Assembly (NCBI GenBank): GCA_950097015.1
Contig: CATNEN010000038.1
Coordinates: 1,736,001 to 1,800,000 of the forward strand
Direction of reading: 5' to 3'
Source of the DNA: Macrostomum hystrix
Lineage: Eukaryota > Animalia > Platyhelminthes
DNA length: 64,000 nt
Part shown: positions 24,859 through 37,200 of the stretch, in pieces
How positions within the stretch are numbered: the stretch's first letter is position 1
How the letters are laid out: the number at the start of each line of letters is the position of its first letter
Translations under genes and position numbers: made by a program
The notes under the pieces: generated by a model
What the model was told of the DNA's origin: nothing
What the model saw: the letters and a program-made list of their open reading frames with translations, nothing else
The model's database searches: none

Positions 24859-25866
24859 ATGGGAGCCTTCATAACAGATGATGCTCTGCAGTCGCTGATG
24901 GCAGAGGTGACGTCACCGCAGCTCGCGGAGATCTACTCACGGCTTCCCGACGGGACGAAAAGGTCGCGACAGCTGCGGATGGCGCTGACGGGACTCGCCA
25001 TCGTCTCGGTGGCCGCAGCTCGGAGCCCGGAGTTCGCGACCTTCAGCGCGAGGCTGCAGTCGCTGTCGGACTGCGGCTGCGCGGACGCGGCTCGGATGGC
25101 CGAGCCGGGCTTCTTCTGGTCAGCGGCTCGGCCGCAGCTGCTCTCCTGCTTCCACTGCGCCACGGACTGCCCTGCTGTCAGCGTGGCAGCTGCGGCATCG
25201 GCTGCTGGCGAGCACCGCGGCGACTGCGCAGTGGCGAGGCTCGCCCACCTGCTGCAGCAGCCTGGCAACGGCCAGCTGGCGAGCGAGGCCGGCAGAGCCG
25301 AAGCCGGCCTGCTGAGGCAGCTCAGGCAGCTGCTGGCGAGGCCGGCGCTGCCGATCGCGGAGTCGTTCGGCTTCCAGCGAAATGCGCTCGTCTGGGCGCT
25401 CGCTCGGAACCTGGTCGGTCCGGACGGAGCCGCGCCCGCCGATAGGGCCGGCCAGCTGATGCGGCTCGCCGACCAATTCGAGGCGCAGCTCCTCGGCTCC
25501 GCGCACCTGCTGCGCCACCCGCCGCTCGAGCCCCTACTGTCCGCCGCCGACGTCGACGACAACGAGTCCAGCCTCAACGCCGCACCCGCCCCCGCCCGAC
25601 CCCCAGCCTCTCAATCAGCTTTCAGCATCGACTTGGCGCCCCGCTTGCTGCCAGTCGCCGCCGCCTCCCAGCCCATCGCACTGACGACCTCCGATGTGCC
25701 CGAAGGAGACGACCAGTGCCTGCGGTGCCGACGGCGACAGCGCAGCCGGGTCCTGCTGCCGTGCGCGCACTTCGCACTCTGCGACCTCTGCCTGGACGGC
25801 GGCCGCCCGCGCTGCCCCGCGTGTGGAGCGACTGCGCTCGCCACCGTCCGGGCATTCATCTGCTGA
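24859..25866 (+). CDS. IAP-like protein, degenerate BIR plus C-terminal RING (copy 1), intronless
   Basis: BIR-like segment ARLQSL...MAEPGFFW...CFHC...EHRGDC. IAP-type RING CLRC...LLPCAHFALCDLC...CPAC...VRAFIC. AATAAA near 25933. Confidence 0.8.
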   Translation: MGAFITDDALQSLMAEVTSPQLAEIYSRLPDGTKRSRQLRMALTGLAIVSVAAARSPEFATFSARLQSLSDCGCADAARMAEPGFFWSAARPQLLSCFHCATDCPAVSVAAAASAAGEHRGDCAVARLAHLLQQPGNGQLASEAGRAEAGLLRQLRQLLARPALPIAESFGFQRNALVWALARNLVGPDGAAPADRAGQLMRLADQFEAQLLGSAHLLRHPPLEPLLSAADVDDNESSLNAAPAPARPPASQSAFSIDLAPRLLPVAAASQPIALTTSDVPEGDDQCLRCRRRQRSRVLLPCAHFALCDLCLDGGRPRCPACGATALATVRAFIC

Positions 25867-26592
25867 GGCCCGGGCTGTGGATTGTCTCTGGATTGTTTCT
25901 TTATTGTTCCGTTGTGCCTAAATTTTAAAGCAAATAAATTATTTTTTACGTGATTTGAGGAAAGAAAGGCCAAGCCTTAAATCTTACATTATTGTATCTA
26001 CACAGAATGCTTTGATTTGACAGCTTGCTTTTATCAAGTGTTAATCTGAATTTCCTTTGACTTTCATTCGGACTGTTTTATTTTTGTCTGCATTTTTAAC
26101 TATGCCTGTGTGATTATAGCAACAAAATTTCATTTTTGCTGTAATTTTTTTGCTTTCCTTCTATTGAAATTTATTTCTCAGCTCTACGCTCGTATTAAGC
26201 AAATCTCGCAATTGTGATTATGCTTTCGTCGTAGTAAAAGTCTTACATACTACACTAAAAGAAAAGGAGTGTTAAACCAATAAAACATTTTTCTTGGTTT
26301 CCATGTCAACCACCAAGCACTTGAATGAGTCCTCTGAACTCCTTAGCCCGCCCACCTCAGAGCTTGTCTCAGTTAGATCTATTTTTAAACCTGCACGCTT
26401 TATTTAGCTCAAAGTGACGAAAATATCACAGCATATTCCACTGGCTTGAGCTGAATAAAAGCTTTGGTCTGATTCCGAGTTTGAAAAGCTGCTTGAAAGG
26501 GTCCATAACTTAAAGCCAAAGGCTTTGCACCACGCGTTCATTAGTTTATGCGTCTACACCAAACATGGAGATAACTTGTTCGTATTTCACAG

Positions 26593-26695
26593 TGGGGTGA
26601 GTGGCAGAGTGGTCTAATGCGTTTGCCTCTCGCATCGAGGTCCCTGAGTTCGATTCCGGCGCGAGGGCACAGGAGTCAACGGAATGGGCAGACAG
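26593..26695 (+). mobile_element. Internally deleted SINE-A fragment
   Basis: SINE-A tRNA-like head with GTTCGATTCC joined directly to CAGGAGTCAACGGAATGGGCAG. Confidence 0.7.
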
Positions 26696-27176
26696 GTAAA
26701 TATTAGGCAACGGAGAAATGAGTCAGAGAGAGGAGAGACTTAATTATCGATGCTTGAGTCAAGGACTTCTAGACTATAAAACGAAGTGCTACTATAGCAT
26801 TATTAATCCTAATCCTTGGCTTGAATCGTCTGAAAAATATAGACATTTTTGCGGAGGTGGATGTGACATGAATGGGGCATGAAGGGGCGTACATTGCTGC
26901 TTGAGCGTTCTTTTAGCAGCAGCTGAAATACATATTAATCATATGCCGTGAAGATTAGGGACACGATTAGGGTCTAAATTTAGACATTCAGAGACTATAG
27001 TGCCGCGTTAGTGACTCGCTGGTCGCAGATCTAAACGGTGAGGCCACACTAACTTAGGGCGCTGCAGCGGAGATTAGGCTGGGGGGCTTGTCGTGTATTA
27101 ACGCCAATTAGTGCTTATCTTTACCAAAGAAAAATCCTGAGCGCACGGTATCTGTATGCAAGTGAGCTCAGGGGTC

Positions 27177-27774
27177 TCTCTCTCTCTATCTAATTGCAGG
27201 GGGGCCCGGGGCACTTGCCGCACAAGCGACGGAGCGGCACGCCCCCAGACCGGCGAACTAGGCGCTTTTGCGGCCATCGTGCCGCCTCCCCTGAGCAGGC
27301 ACCACACACAGCAGCACAGACCAGCCGGGGAGGGCAGGAGGCACCCAGAATAGGCCCGGCCCCCACCCCAGCCCCACACGCACATAGCAGACCAAGCCGG
27401 GGCGGAAGGCTGATAAGAAATCAGTCCTCAGGGGGGCCGGGTGATGAGTGTACACTTATCCAATCGCGCTGACGGAAGTCCAGAAAGCGCGCGGCGGTGT
27501 ACACCCGCCCTCCAGCCACCCCCCGCAAGGTCTCACGCCCCAGCGCCAACGCACACAACTCACACAACGCAGAACAGGCACACAGAAGGTAGGAGCGAAG
27601 CTATTATTTCAAGCTTTGATTGCACGAAATATGGTGCACCTCCGCCGGTCGCTACTGTCCAAACCCCCCAACAAGTCCCGAAATTAATCGTGACTTGAAG
27701 GGTGAATCGAACTAGCGTCCTTTGGAGTGCGAGGCAGAGACAGCGACGTTAGCCGCTGACCCACTCGCCCCCCG
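27177..27774 (-). mobile_element. SINE-B copy with 13-bp TSD (1 mismatch)
   Basis: Reverse complement of 1466-2054. Flanks are GAGCTCAGGGGTC and GAGCTCAGGAGTC. Confidence 0.9.
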
Positions 27775-27862
27775 AGCTCAGGAGTCGGCGAATAGGTCAA
27801 AATTTCACTAACTGTCACTAACTGAAATGAGTGCCAGCAAATATCCACATACGCAATAAAAA

Positions 27863-27864
27863 TG

Positions 27865-27926
<62 letters not shown>

Positions 27927-28278
27927 TGCAGGAGGGCTGCGGGCAATGGCACATAATTTGGTGACACTAGACCCACAGCCAGCGAGGAAGCAATTCTGCC
28001 CATTTTGCTGACTCTTGAGCACACACGCACACAGATACTGTACGCAGGCACACGCTCACACAGGTGTGTACATCTGCTTTGACTTTCTCATCGTCAAGAA
28101 GTGTGCACTTCACTTTGACTTGGAGGTTGGCCCTCAAGGTCGCAAATTGCACGACAAGCCCCCAAAGCCTTCTCTCCGCGGCTGCGCCCCAAATAAATGT
28201 GGCCTCGCCATTCGAATCGAACTTGGGGACCTTGGTGCGAGAGGCAAACGCGTTAACCGCTCTGCCACCGAGCCCCTC
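27863..28278 (-). mobile_element. Full-length SINE-A copy with long (AAT)n tail and TSD
   Basis: (AAT) about 20 copies at 27865-27925. CCACATACG is duplicated at 27845-27853 and 28279-28287. Confidence 0.9.
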
Positions 28279-28776
28279 CCACATACGTAAAATCTCTAAT
28301 TAACTGTTAGCTCGTAAAATCGACACAAATATTGTTACAAATATTTTTCCGTTGTCTCATTGTTGATAACTAGTGCGATTAAATATACAATGAACCCGTT
28401 GGCTCGAGAGCCTATTTTTTAGGGTCATAGAACAATAACAATTAGTCATCACATATGCTAAGCAGCTAATATCTAATTGGCTAATAAAAAGCAACAAATA
28501 ATTTCTGTAACTAAGCAAAAATGTCTTTCCGAATTTGCCATTTGTTTTTTAGACTATGACGTTAGCATAGATTATTTATTGTTGCGCTGCAGTGCAGGCG
28601 AAACAAATATGGTATGATTTAGGTTGTTCGTTCGTAAAAAAATACTCGTGCCACTTGGCATTGCAGACGGATGCAATGGTGAGACGTCTCAAATAAACAA
28701 AAGCAGAGAGACTACTACCAGCTAAAAATATAAGATTCGGGGCAACAAATGCACATGCAACACCACAGCCCGGGCC

Positions 28777-29784
28777 TCAGCAGATGAATGCCCGGACGGT
28801 GACGAGCGCAGTCGCTCCACACGCGGGGCAGCGCGGGCGGCCGCCGTCCAGGCAGAGGTCGCAGAGTGCGAAGTGCGCGCAGGGCAGCAGGACCCGGCTG
28901 CGCTGTCGCCGTCGGCACCGCAGGCACTGATCGTCTCCTTCGGGCACATCGGAGGTCGTCAGTGCGATGGGCTGGGAGGCGGCGGCGACTGGCAGCAAGT
29001 GGGGCGCCAAGTCGATGCTGAAAGCTGATTGAGAGGCTGGGGGTCGGGCGGGGGCGGGTGCGGCGTTGAGGGTGGACTCGTTGTCGTCGACGTCGGCGGC
29101 GGACAGTAGGGGCTCGAGCGGCGGGTGGCGCAGCAGGTGCGCGGAGCCGAGGAGCTGCGCCTCGAATTGGTCGGCGAGCCGCATCAGCTGGCCGGCCCTG
29201 TCGGCGGGCGCGGCTCCGTCCGGACCGACCAGGTTCCGAGCGAGCGCCCAGACGAGCGCATTTCGCTGGAAGCCGAACGACTCCGCGATCGGCAGCGCCG
29301 GCCTCGCCAGCAGCTGCCTGAGCTGCCTCAGCAGGCCGGCTTCGGCTCTGCCGGCCTCGCTCGCCAGCTGGCCGTTGCCAGGCTGCTGCAGCAGGTGGGC
29401 GAGCCTCGCCACTGCGCAGTCGCCGCGGTGCTCGTCAGCAGCCGATGCCGCAGCTGCCACGCTGACAGCAGGGCAGTCCGCGGCGCAGTGGAAGCAGGAG
29501 AGCAGCTGCGGCCGAGCCGCTGACCAGAAGAAGCCCGGCTCGGCCATCCGAGCCGCGTCCGCGCAGCCGCAGTCCGACAGCGACTGCAGCCTCGCGCTGA
29601 AGGTCGCGAACTCCGGGCTCCGAGCTGCGGCCACCGAGACGATGGCGAGTCCCGTCAGCGCCATCCGCAGCTGTCGCGACCTTTTCGTCTCGTCGGGAAG
29701 CCGTGAGTAGATCTCCGCGAGCTGCGGTGACGTCACCTCTGCCATCAGCGACTGCAGGCCGGTACATTCGCTAGCCACGGCCAT
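28777..29784 (-). CDS. IAP-like protein, degenerate BIR plus RING (copy 2), intronless
   Basis: About 99% identical to 24859-25866 from codon 10 onward, with the same motifs. Confidence 0.8.
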   Translation of the reverse strand: MAVASECTGLQSLMAEVTSPQLAEIYSRLPDETKRSRQLRMALTGLAIVSVAAARSPEFATFSARLQSLSDCGCADAARMAEPGFFWSAARPQLLSCFHCAADCPAVSVAAAASAADEHRGDCAVARLAHLLQQPGNGQLASEAGRAEAGLLRQLRQLLARPALPIAESFGFQRNALVWALARNLVGPDGAAPADRAGQLMRLADQFEAQLLGSAHLLRHPPLEPLLSAADVDDNESTLNAAPAPARPPASQSAFSIDLAPHLLPVAAASQPIALTTSDVPEGDDQCLRCRRRQRSRVLLPCAHFALCDLCLDGGRPRCPACGATALVTVRAFIC

Positions 29785-30652
29785 GGGTCATCGGCTGCTT
29801 GGTGAGCAGCTGTTGTTTATTGACCCTTGTCTGAACTAAAATATTCGCACTACACTGTTATTGTGTTTGCAGCTCGTTTAGTTTCTGTTTTAATTTAAAT
29901 TTAATCGGAACGAATGACACCATGACTGGAAATTGTGTAAGGTTGATATTAATCTATTTAGCTGAGTCTCTCGGAGTTGCCTTGTTCATGCTAAAATTAG
30001 ACAAAGCAGTTATTCTATTGGTCCAAAACTCATGTTGAAGAAAGAGCTCGTACGTAATTGTAGTCCCATGGGATTCCCTTTCATTAAATGCTGTTGTTTC
30101 CATTCTGTTTCAACTAAAATGCTAAAATTAGACAAAGCATTTGTACATAAAGCTAATGCTCCACTGTGCATTAGTTAAATGGAATTCATTAACTCTTCAT
30201 TACGACTCGCAATAAATTGCGCTGAGCTTGAGTCCATAGTCTCCATGATGCTCTTGAATACGGTCAGGTATCTTCAATATTAGAAAACAGATTGGCAATA
30301 ACAGACGAAAGTTTTAGTTATAAGCGATAGAATAGAAACTTAAAGTACATTTGCCTATCATTTATTATGCGTCATCTCTGCTGATTGAAAAGTAAACCTA
30401 AAATTGCACAGGCTACAATAAGATTGCGTTTTCAGTAGGTAAGCCATTTGTTTTGTGATTTGAGCACAAAATAAAATCTCGGGCAAAATCGGGCCACGTC
30501 AAGACAAAAATAATCATGCACGAAATGTTTACAAGAGATACATTACCGCAAAGACACGAGTGGACAAATTGTAATGGGTGAGGATGTGATTGCATGTGTA
30601 ATCTATAGCGATTTCCAGTCCTTGAATCTAGTTACGGATCTGAGCTCTGTTT

Positions 30653-32017
30653 TTAATCGTCCTTGTCTTTATCCAACTCTTCCACCTCTTCTTCCTCGCC
30701 TTCGACGCTGTCCACGCCAACCTCTTCGTAGTCCTTCTGCATGGCGCCGAGGATTTCGCGGGCTTCGGCGAACTCGCCTTCCTCCATGCCCTCGCCAACA
30801 TACCAGTGCACGAAGGCGCGCTTCGAGTAGAGCAGGTCGAATTTGTAGGCCAGCCGGTCCCAGGCCTCCGCGATGGCGGTGGTGTTGCTGAGCATGCAGA
30901 CAGCGCGCGGCACCCTGGCCAGGTCACCACCTGGCACTGTGGTTGGCGGCTGGTAATTGATGCCCACCTTGAAGCCGGTGGGGCACCAGTCAACAAACTG
31001 AATCTCCCGCTTGCTCTTGATCTTCTGAATGGCCTCATTGACGTCCTTGGAAGAGACGTCGCCGCGGTAGAGCAGGCAGCAGGCCATGTACTTGCCGTGC
31101 CTCGGGTCGCACTTCACCAATTGGTTGGAGGTCTCAAAGCAGGCGTTAGTGATCTCCTTGACCTTCAGCTGTTCGTGATGAGCTTTCTCGGTCGAGATGA
31201 TTGGCGCATAGGTCGCCAGAGGGAAATGAATTTTAGGATAGGGTACCAAGTTGGTTTGGAATTCAGTGATGTCAACATTGAGCGAGCCATCGAAGCGAAG
31301 CGACACAGTGATGGACGAGACAATCTGGCTGATGATGCGGTTTAGGTTGGTATAAGTCGGCCTTTCAATGTCCAGGTTGCGCCTACAGATATCGTAAATC
31401 GCCTCGTTATCGACCATGAAAGCGCAGTCTGAGTGTTTCAGGGTGCCGTGAGTGCACAAGATCGCGTTGAACGGCTCGACGACGGCTGTGGACACCTGGG
31501 GCGCCGGGTAGACAGCGAACTGCAGCTTGGCGCGCTTGCCGTACTCGGAGGAGAGCTTGTCCATGAGTAGCGCGGTAAAGCCGGCTCCCGTGCCGCCGCC
31601 AAACGAGTGAAACACAAGAAAGCCCTGCAGGCCGGCGCAGTTCTCCGCAACGCGGCTCACAACCTCCCGGACGCTCGTCACAATCTCCTTGCCGATGGTG
31701 TAGTGCCCTCTGGCGTAGTTGTTGGCCGCGTCCTCTTTGCCAGTGATGAGCTGCTCCGGGTGGAACAGCTGCCTGTAGGTTCCAGTGCGCACCTCGTCAA
31801 TGACGGTCGGTTCAAGATCTACGAAGACCGTTCGCGGAACATAGTGACCCGAGGCTGTCTCCGCGAAGAAGGCGTTGTGCGAGTCGTCACACTTGTCCCG
31901 CCCGCCGCCCATCAGTCCGTCCGGCTGGATGCCGTGCTCCAGGCAGAACAGCTCCCAGCAGGCGTTGCCGATCTGGACCCCAGCTTGGCCAACGTGGATG
32001 GAGATGCATTCGCGCAT
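30653..32017 (-). CDS. TUBA: Alpha-tubulin, divergent, intronless (454 aa from MREC)
   Basis: [13 protein letters not shown] start (ATG 32015-32017), [52 protein letters not shown]. Confidence 0.97.
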   Translation of the reverse strand: MRECISIHVGQAGVQIGNACWELFCLEHGIQPDGLMGGGRDKCDDSHNAFFAETASGHYVPRTVFVDLEPTVIDEVRTGTYRQLFHPEQLITGKEDAANNYARGHYTIGKEIVTSVREVVSRVAENCAGLQGFLVFHSFGGGTGAGFTALLMDKLSSEYGKRAKLQFAVYPAPQVSTAVVEPFNAILCTHGTLKHSDCAFMVDNEAIYDICRRNLDIERPTYTNLNRIISQIVSSITVSLRFDGSLNVDITEFQTNLVPYPKIHFPLATYAPIISTEKAHHEQLKVKEITNACFETSNQLVKCDPRHGKYMACCLLYRGDVSSKDVNEAIQKIKSKREIQFVDWCPTGFKVGINYQPPTTVPGGDLARVPRAVCMLSNTTAIAEAWDRLAYKFDLLYSKRAFVHWYVGEGMEEGEFAEAREILGAMQKDYEEVGVDSVEGEEEEVEELDKDKDD

Positions 32018-32370
32018 AGCTGAGCAACTCAAAGCGCAAATTTGATATGCTCAAAAGTTGGACTAATAGACTTTACGAATTCTATTCTCGTAAAAGACTT
32101 GCGGCAATCTAATCTTAAGCTAATAAACTAAACTAATTGTCTCTATGAACTGAATACGGCATTCACTGAGGACGGAACAGGCTCCTTTTATGCGAAGTCT
32201 ATGGTCAAAGCTTCTGTGGCTTGGCGTTTTTGAAAATTATATTTAATTACTCGTACGATTGCTAAATTAGTTAAATACACACTTTATAATTGGCTGACAT
32301 ATTTCGATTGGCAGTACAAACACACTTGGATAGCAATCCTAACCTCTTCCAATGATTCTTTATGTAACTC

Positions 32371-32690
32371 CTGCTTCGATTCTGTCTGCAATTCTTGCTG
32401 CGATTCTGTCAGCAGTTCTTGCTGCGATTCTGTCAGCAGTTCTTGCTGCGATTCTGTCAGCAGCTCTTGCGGCGATTCTGTCTGCAGTTCTTGCTGCGAT
32501 TCTGTCAGCAGCTCTTGCGGCGATTCTGTCTACAGTTCTTGCTGCGATTCTGTCAGCAGCTCTTGCTGCGATTCTGTCAGCAGATCTTGCTGCGATTCTG
32601 TCAGCAGTTCTTGCTGCGATTCTGTCAGCAGTTCTTGCTGCGATTCTGTCAGCAGTTCTTGCTGCGATTCTGTCTGCAGTTATTGCTGCA
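32371..32690 (+). repeat. 24-bp minisatellite
   Basis: Unit TTGCTGCGATTCTGTCAGCAGTTC. Confidence 0.95.
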
Positions 32691-33220
32691 ACAGAAGTCT
32701 AATATTTGCTATAAAAAGTGATATCAAAAGTACTTTTACCTTTTCGCAACAAAGGAATTTAAGTCTGAAGTGAATTAAAGGACAATTTTATGAATTGGTG
32801 AATATATTAACCACCGAGGCGTGAAGTTCGCCCTACTTTCGTGTGACCCAGACTGCAGAATTATTTAATAGTGGCTAGTGTTTAACAAGAAACACCTTTA
32901 GACATTATAAAGGTAGGTCAGATATTGTCTGTCAAATTCGATATTCAATCATCATTTATAAATTTATATTGCAATTGTTAAAAAAATTGTTATGTAAAAA
33001 TACAACCATCAGGATAATGGCAGAAGAAAAAAAATCTCAAAATTTGACAGATCTCAAAATACGAGCGTAGAAATGGCAGTTAAAGCGCCGGATATTGCTG
33101 GAGTGTCATTGCTAAATTAAGCAAAGATTTTTATTGAGTTTCAGATATCTGAACTTTTTTTTGGCGAATGACAACAAAAATACTGATGCATCGATTACGG
33201 AGATGTTAAACGGTACAAAA

Positions 33221-34200
33221 CTGTCTGCTGTTAGACAAGGGTGTCTGCTGTTAGACAAGGGTGTCTGCTGTTAGACAAGGGTGTCTGCAGTTAGACAAGG
33301 GTGTCTGCTGTTAGATAAGACTGTCTGCTATTAGACAAGGGTGTCTGCTGTTAGATAAGAGTGTCTGCTATTAGATAAGAGTGTCTGCTATTAGACAAGG
33401 GTGTCTGCTGTTAGATAAGAGTGTCTGCTATTAGATAAGAGTGTCTGCTATTAGACAAGGGTGTCTGCTGTTAGATAAGAGTGTCTGCTATTAGATAAGA
33501 GTGTCTGCTATTAGACAAGGGTGTCTGATATTAGACAAGGGTGTCTGCTATTAGACACGGGTGTCTGCTGTTAGACAAGGGTGTCTGCTGTTAGACAAGG
33601 GTGTCTGCTGTTAGACAAGGGTGTCTGCTATTAGACACGGGTGTCTGCTATTAGATAAGAGTGTCTGCTATTAGACAAGGGTGTCTGCCATTAGACAAGG
33701 GTGTCTGATATTAGACAAGGGTGTCTGCTATTAGACACGGGTGTCTGCTATTAGACAAGAGTGTCTGCTATTAGACAAGGGTGTCTGCCATTAGACAAGG
33801 GTGTCTGATATTAGACGAGGGTGTCTGCTATTAGACACGGGTGTCTGCTGTTAGACACGGGTGTCTGCTGTTAGACACGGGTGTCTGCCATTAGACAAGG
33901 GTGTCTGATATTAGACAAGGGTGTCTGCTGTTAGACACGGGTGTCTGCTATTAGACACGGGTGTCTGCTGTTAGACACGGGTGTCTGCCATTAGACAAGG
34001 GTGTCTGATATTAGACAAGGGTGTCTGCTATTAGACACGGGTGTCTGCTGTTAGACAAGGGTGTCTGCTGTTAGACAAGGGTGTCTGCTGTTAGACAAGG
34101 GTGTCTGCTGTTAGACAAGGGTGTCTGCTGTTAGACAAGGGTGTCTGCTGTTAGACACGGGTGTCTGCTGTTAGACAAAGGTGTCTGCTGTTAGATAAAA
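33221..34200 (+). repeat. 20-bp minisatellite (about 49 units)
   Basis: Unit GTGTCTGCTRTTAGAYAMGR. Confidence 0.97.
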
Positions 34201-34290
34201 GTGTTTGAAAGCTACAAAAACTAATCGATAAGCAATTTCGGATGGGACTGAAATGGCAAAAAAGTTTATAAATTGTCTCTTTAAAAGTGT

Positions 34291-37200
34291 TCAGATCGCA
34301 CTAATTGGGTTGTTGCCAATGCCTTTCACTAGAAGCATCAGAGAACACATCAAGTGGCACAGCTGAAATAAATTAAGATTAGCAAACAACTCAGAATTTA
34401 CAACTCCTACTACTTTAAATGCATGGCCGGTAGTATATATATATATTCATAAGGTAAAAATATAATTAACAACTCACCGACACCAACACAGCAACCACGG
34501 CTGCTAGTGGGATCAAAATCATGAACTTGTCTACAACAGCTTTGTTGCAACTCTGTAAGGAATGAATGGTTGCTGAATTTGCCAGTTTAGATCGAGTAAT
34601 AACAGCCACGTCTAACAGAATGTACCTGTTTAGAACAGATAACAGCCACGTCTAACAGAATTTACCTGTTTAGAACAGATAACACCCACGTCTAACAGAA
34701 TTTACCTGTTTAGAACAGATAACACCCACGTCTAACAGAATTTACCTGTTTAGAACAGATAACACCCACGTCTAACAGAATGTACCTGTTTAGAACAGGT
34801 AACACCCACGTCTAACAGAATTTACCTGTTTAGAACGGTAACAGCCATGTCTAACAGAATGTACCTGTTTAGAACGGTAACAAGCATATCTAACCGGATT
34901 GCCTATTCTAAAAACTGTAGTTTTGGGTTTCTAGCAAGTCTAATACTCAGAGTTTAATTAGCAATTTACCTGCTGGCTAGTGGAGTTGCAGGGCGTGATC
35001 CTGGCAGGACAGCAGGATGGCGGACACAGCGGGGTCACGTCTGAGCTGCCTGGAAATATAGAGCCGTGCCGCCAGGCAGTGTTGTCGAACCAGACGCAGC
35101 TGTTCTCTGCCTGTGAGTCGTCATTTTTCTCTGAGTTGATCTTCCAGCCGCAGCACTCGAACTGTGTGGTAAAAGTGTCGGTATGGGATTAGAAATGTCG
35201 GTATGGGATTAGAAGTGTCGGTGTGGGATTAAAAGTGTCGGTATGGGATTAGATGTGTCTGTATGGGATTTGGAGAGTCGGTATGGGATTAGATGTGTCG
35301 GTATGGGATTAGAAGTATCGGTGTGGGATTAGAAGTATCGGTATGGGATTAGATGTGTCTGTATGGGATTTAGAGAGTCGGTATGGGATTAGATGTGTCT
35401 GTATGGGATTAGAAGTGTCGGTATGGGATTAGAAGTGTCGGTATTGGATTAGAAGTGTCGGTATTGGATTAGAAGTATCGGTGTGGGATTAGAAGTATCG
35501 GTATGGGATTAGATGTGTCTGTATGGGATTAGAAGTGTCGGTATGGGATTAGAAGTGTCGGTATGGGATTAGATGTGTCGGTATGGGATTAGAAGTATCG
35601 GTGTGGGATTAGAAGTATCGGTATGGGATTAGATGTGTCTGTATGGGATTTAGAGAGTCGGTATGGGATTAGAAATGTCGGCATGGGATTAGATGTGTCT
35701 GTATGGGATTAGAAGTGTCGGTATGGGATTAGAAGTGTCGGTATTGGATTAGAAGTGTCGGTATGGGATTAGAAGTGTCGGTATGGGATTAGAAGTGTCG
35801 GTATGGGATTAGAAGTGTCGGTGGGTGATTAGAACAGTCGGTTTGTACGGCAGTCATTGTTAGTCAGTGTTTCCATAGTTCTAGTTTCCAGATTAATTAT
35901 AACGGTTACAACCTACCCAATGAAATACAGAACTTGTTAAGAATTCTTAGAAACTTCCGGCGAAGAAGCTAAGTTTTAGATGATTATCTAGATAGCATGC
36001 TAAGCCAGTCATGTTTGGCTAATAAGCTGGCGCTGTGTTAGCCACAATAACTATTTAGAAGCCTAGCGGTGAGAGCATTTACATTGAAGTGTTTCCAGAT
36101 TTGACACAGAGCCCTGGTATTTATAGCGCCACAAATAGTCCAGCTTCACTTCACCATCGCTGGGATTGTAACTGTCATGTGACACTCAGGAATAAAAACA
36201 ATGCTGCTGAACTAAATTAGCTAAACTAGACCATTTTGCAAACAGAGTACTTCAGTTCAGTTTAAAAAATTAACTCGATTTTTAGTTTCTCACTCCGACA
36301 TCTCATCCCTCATTTGCTCACTTTTAATCTCATCCCTCATTTCCTCAGTCTGAATCTCATCCCTCATTTCCTCAGTCTGAATCTCATCCCTCATTTCCTC
36401 AGTCTGAATCTCATCCCTCATTTCCTCACTCTGAATCTCATCCCTCATTTTCTCACTCTGAATCTCATCCCTCATTTCCTCAGTCTGAATCTCATCCCTC
36501 ATTTCCTCACTCTGAATCTCATCCCTCATTTCCTCACTCTGAATCTCATCCCTCATTTCCTCACTCTGAATCTCATCCCTCATTTCCTCAGTCTGATTCA
36601 CATCCCTGATTTTCTCAGTCTGAACCCTTAGGAGCCCAACTGAGGAACAACAACAAAAAAATGTACTTGTCAAAAAGTAAAAAAAAATTGAACCTCAGTC
36701 TGCATCGAGTTGACAGCCCACGTCACCAGACTCGAGTTGCCATAGGAAGGCTTGAATTCTCTGTCCAGCTTGATTTGCAACGATTGGCTCAGCGACGGAA
36801 CCACCGCGGTGACAACAGCTGCTGCTGAGCAAGCCAGAATGGCCAGGCAGGTGAGACAGGTGTACTGCGGTGGAGTGGAAGACAATGTACAGTGATTGTG
36901 TACAACAGTACTGTAATTTGTAATTTGTGCACAATGGTGTACAGTGATCACAATCACAATCATGATCACGATCACAAGTACAGTGATCATCATTGTACAG
37001 TGATAGTGTACAATGGTGTACAGTGATTGTGTACAATGGTGTACAGTGATTGTGTACAACAGTGTACAGTCATTCTGTACAACAGTGTACAGCGAAGCCT
37101 TGTGTACAACAGTTTACTGTGCTGTGTACCATGTAGTACAGTGCCTGTGTACAATACGGTACAATACGGGCGCGCATTTATTCGTCTCTGTTTTAGAAAA

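Noticed and set aside
24933-25577. Antisense 214-aa ORF over the IAP-like gene (and its twin at 29066-29710)
   Set aside because: Shadow ORF from high GC content, with no recognisable motifs.
26593-26670. tRNA gene
   Set aside because: It is the head of SINE-A. The acceptor and anticodon stems do not form a proper cloverleaf.
1466-27774. Large composite transposon bounded by inverted SINE-B copies
   Set aside because: Each copy has its own different TSD, so they are independent retroinsertions.
32018-32032. N-terminal extension MSCSA on alpha-tubulin
   Set aside because: The ORF caller used a TTG start. The canonical MREC ATG is at 32015-32017.
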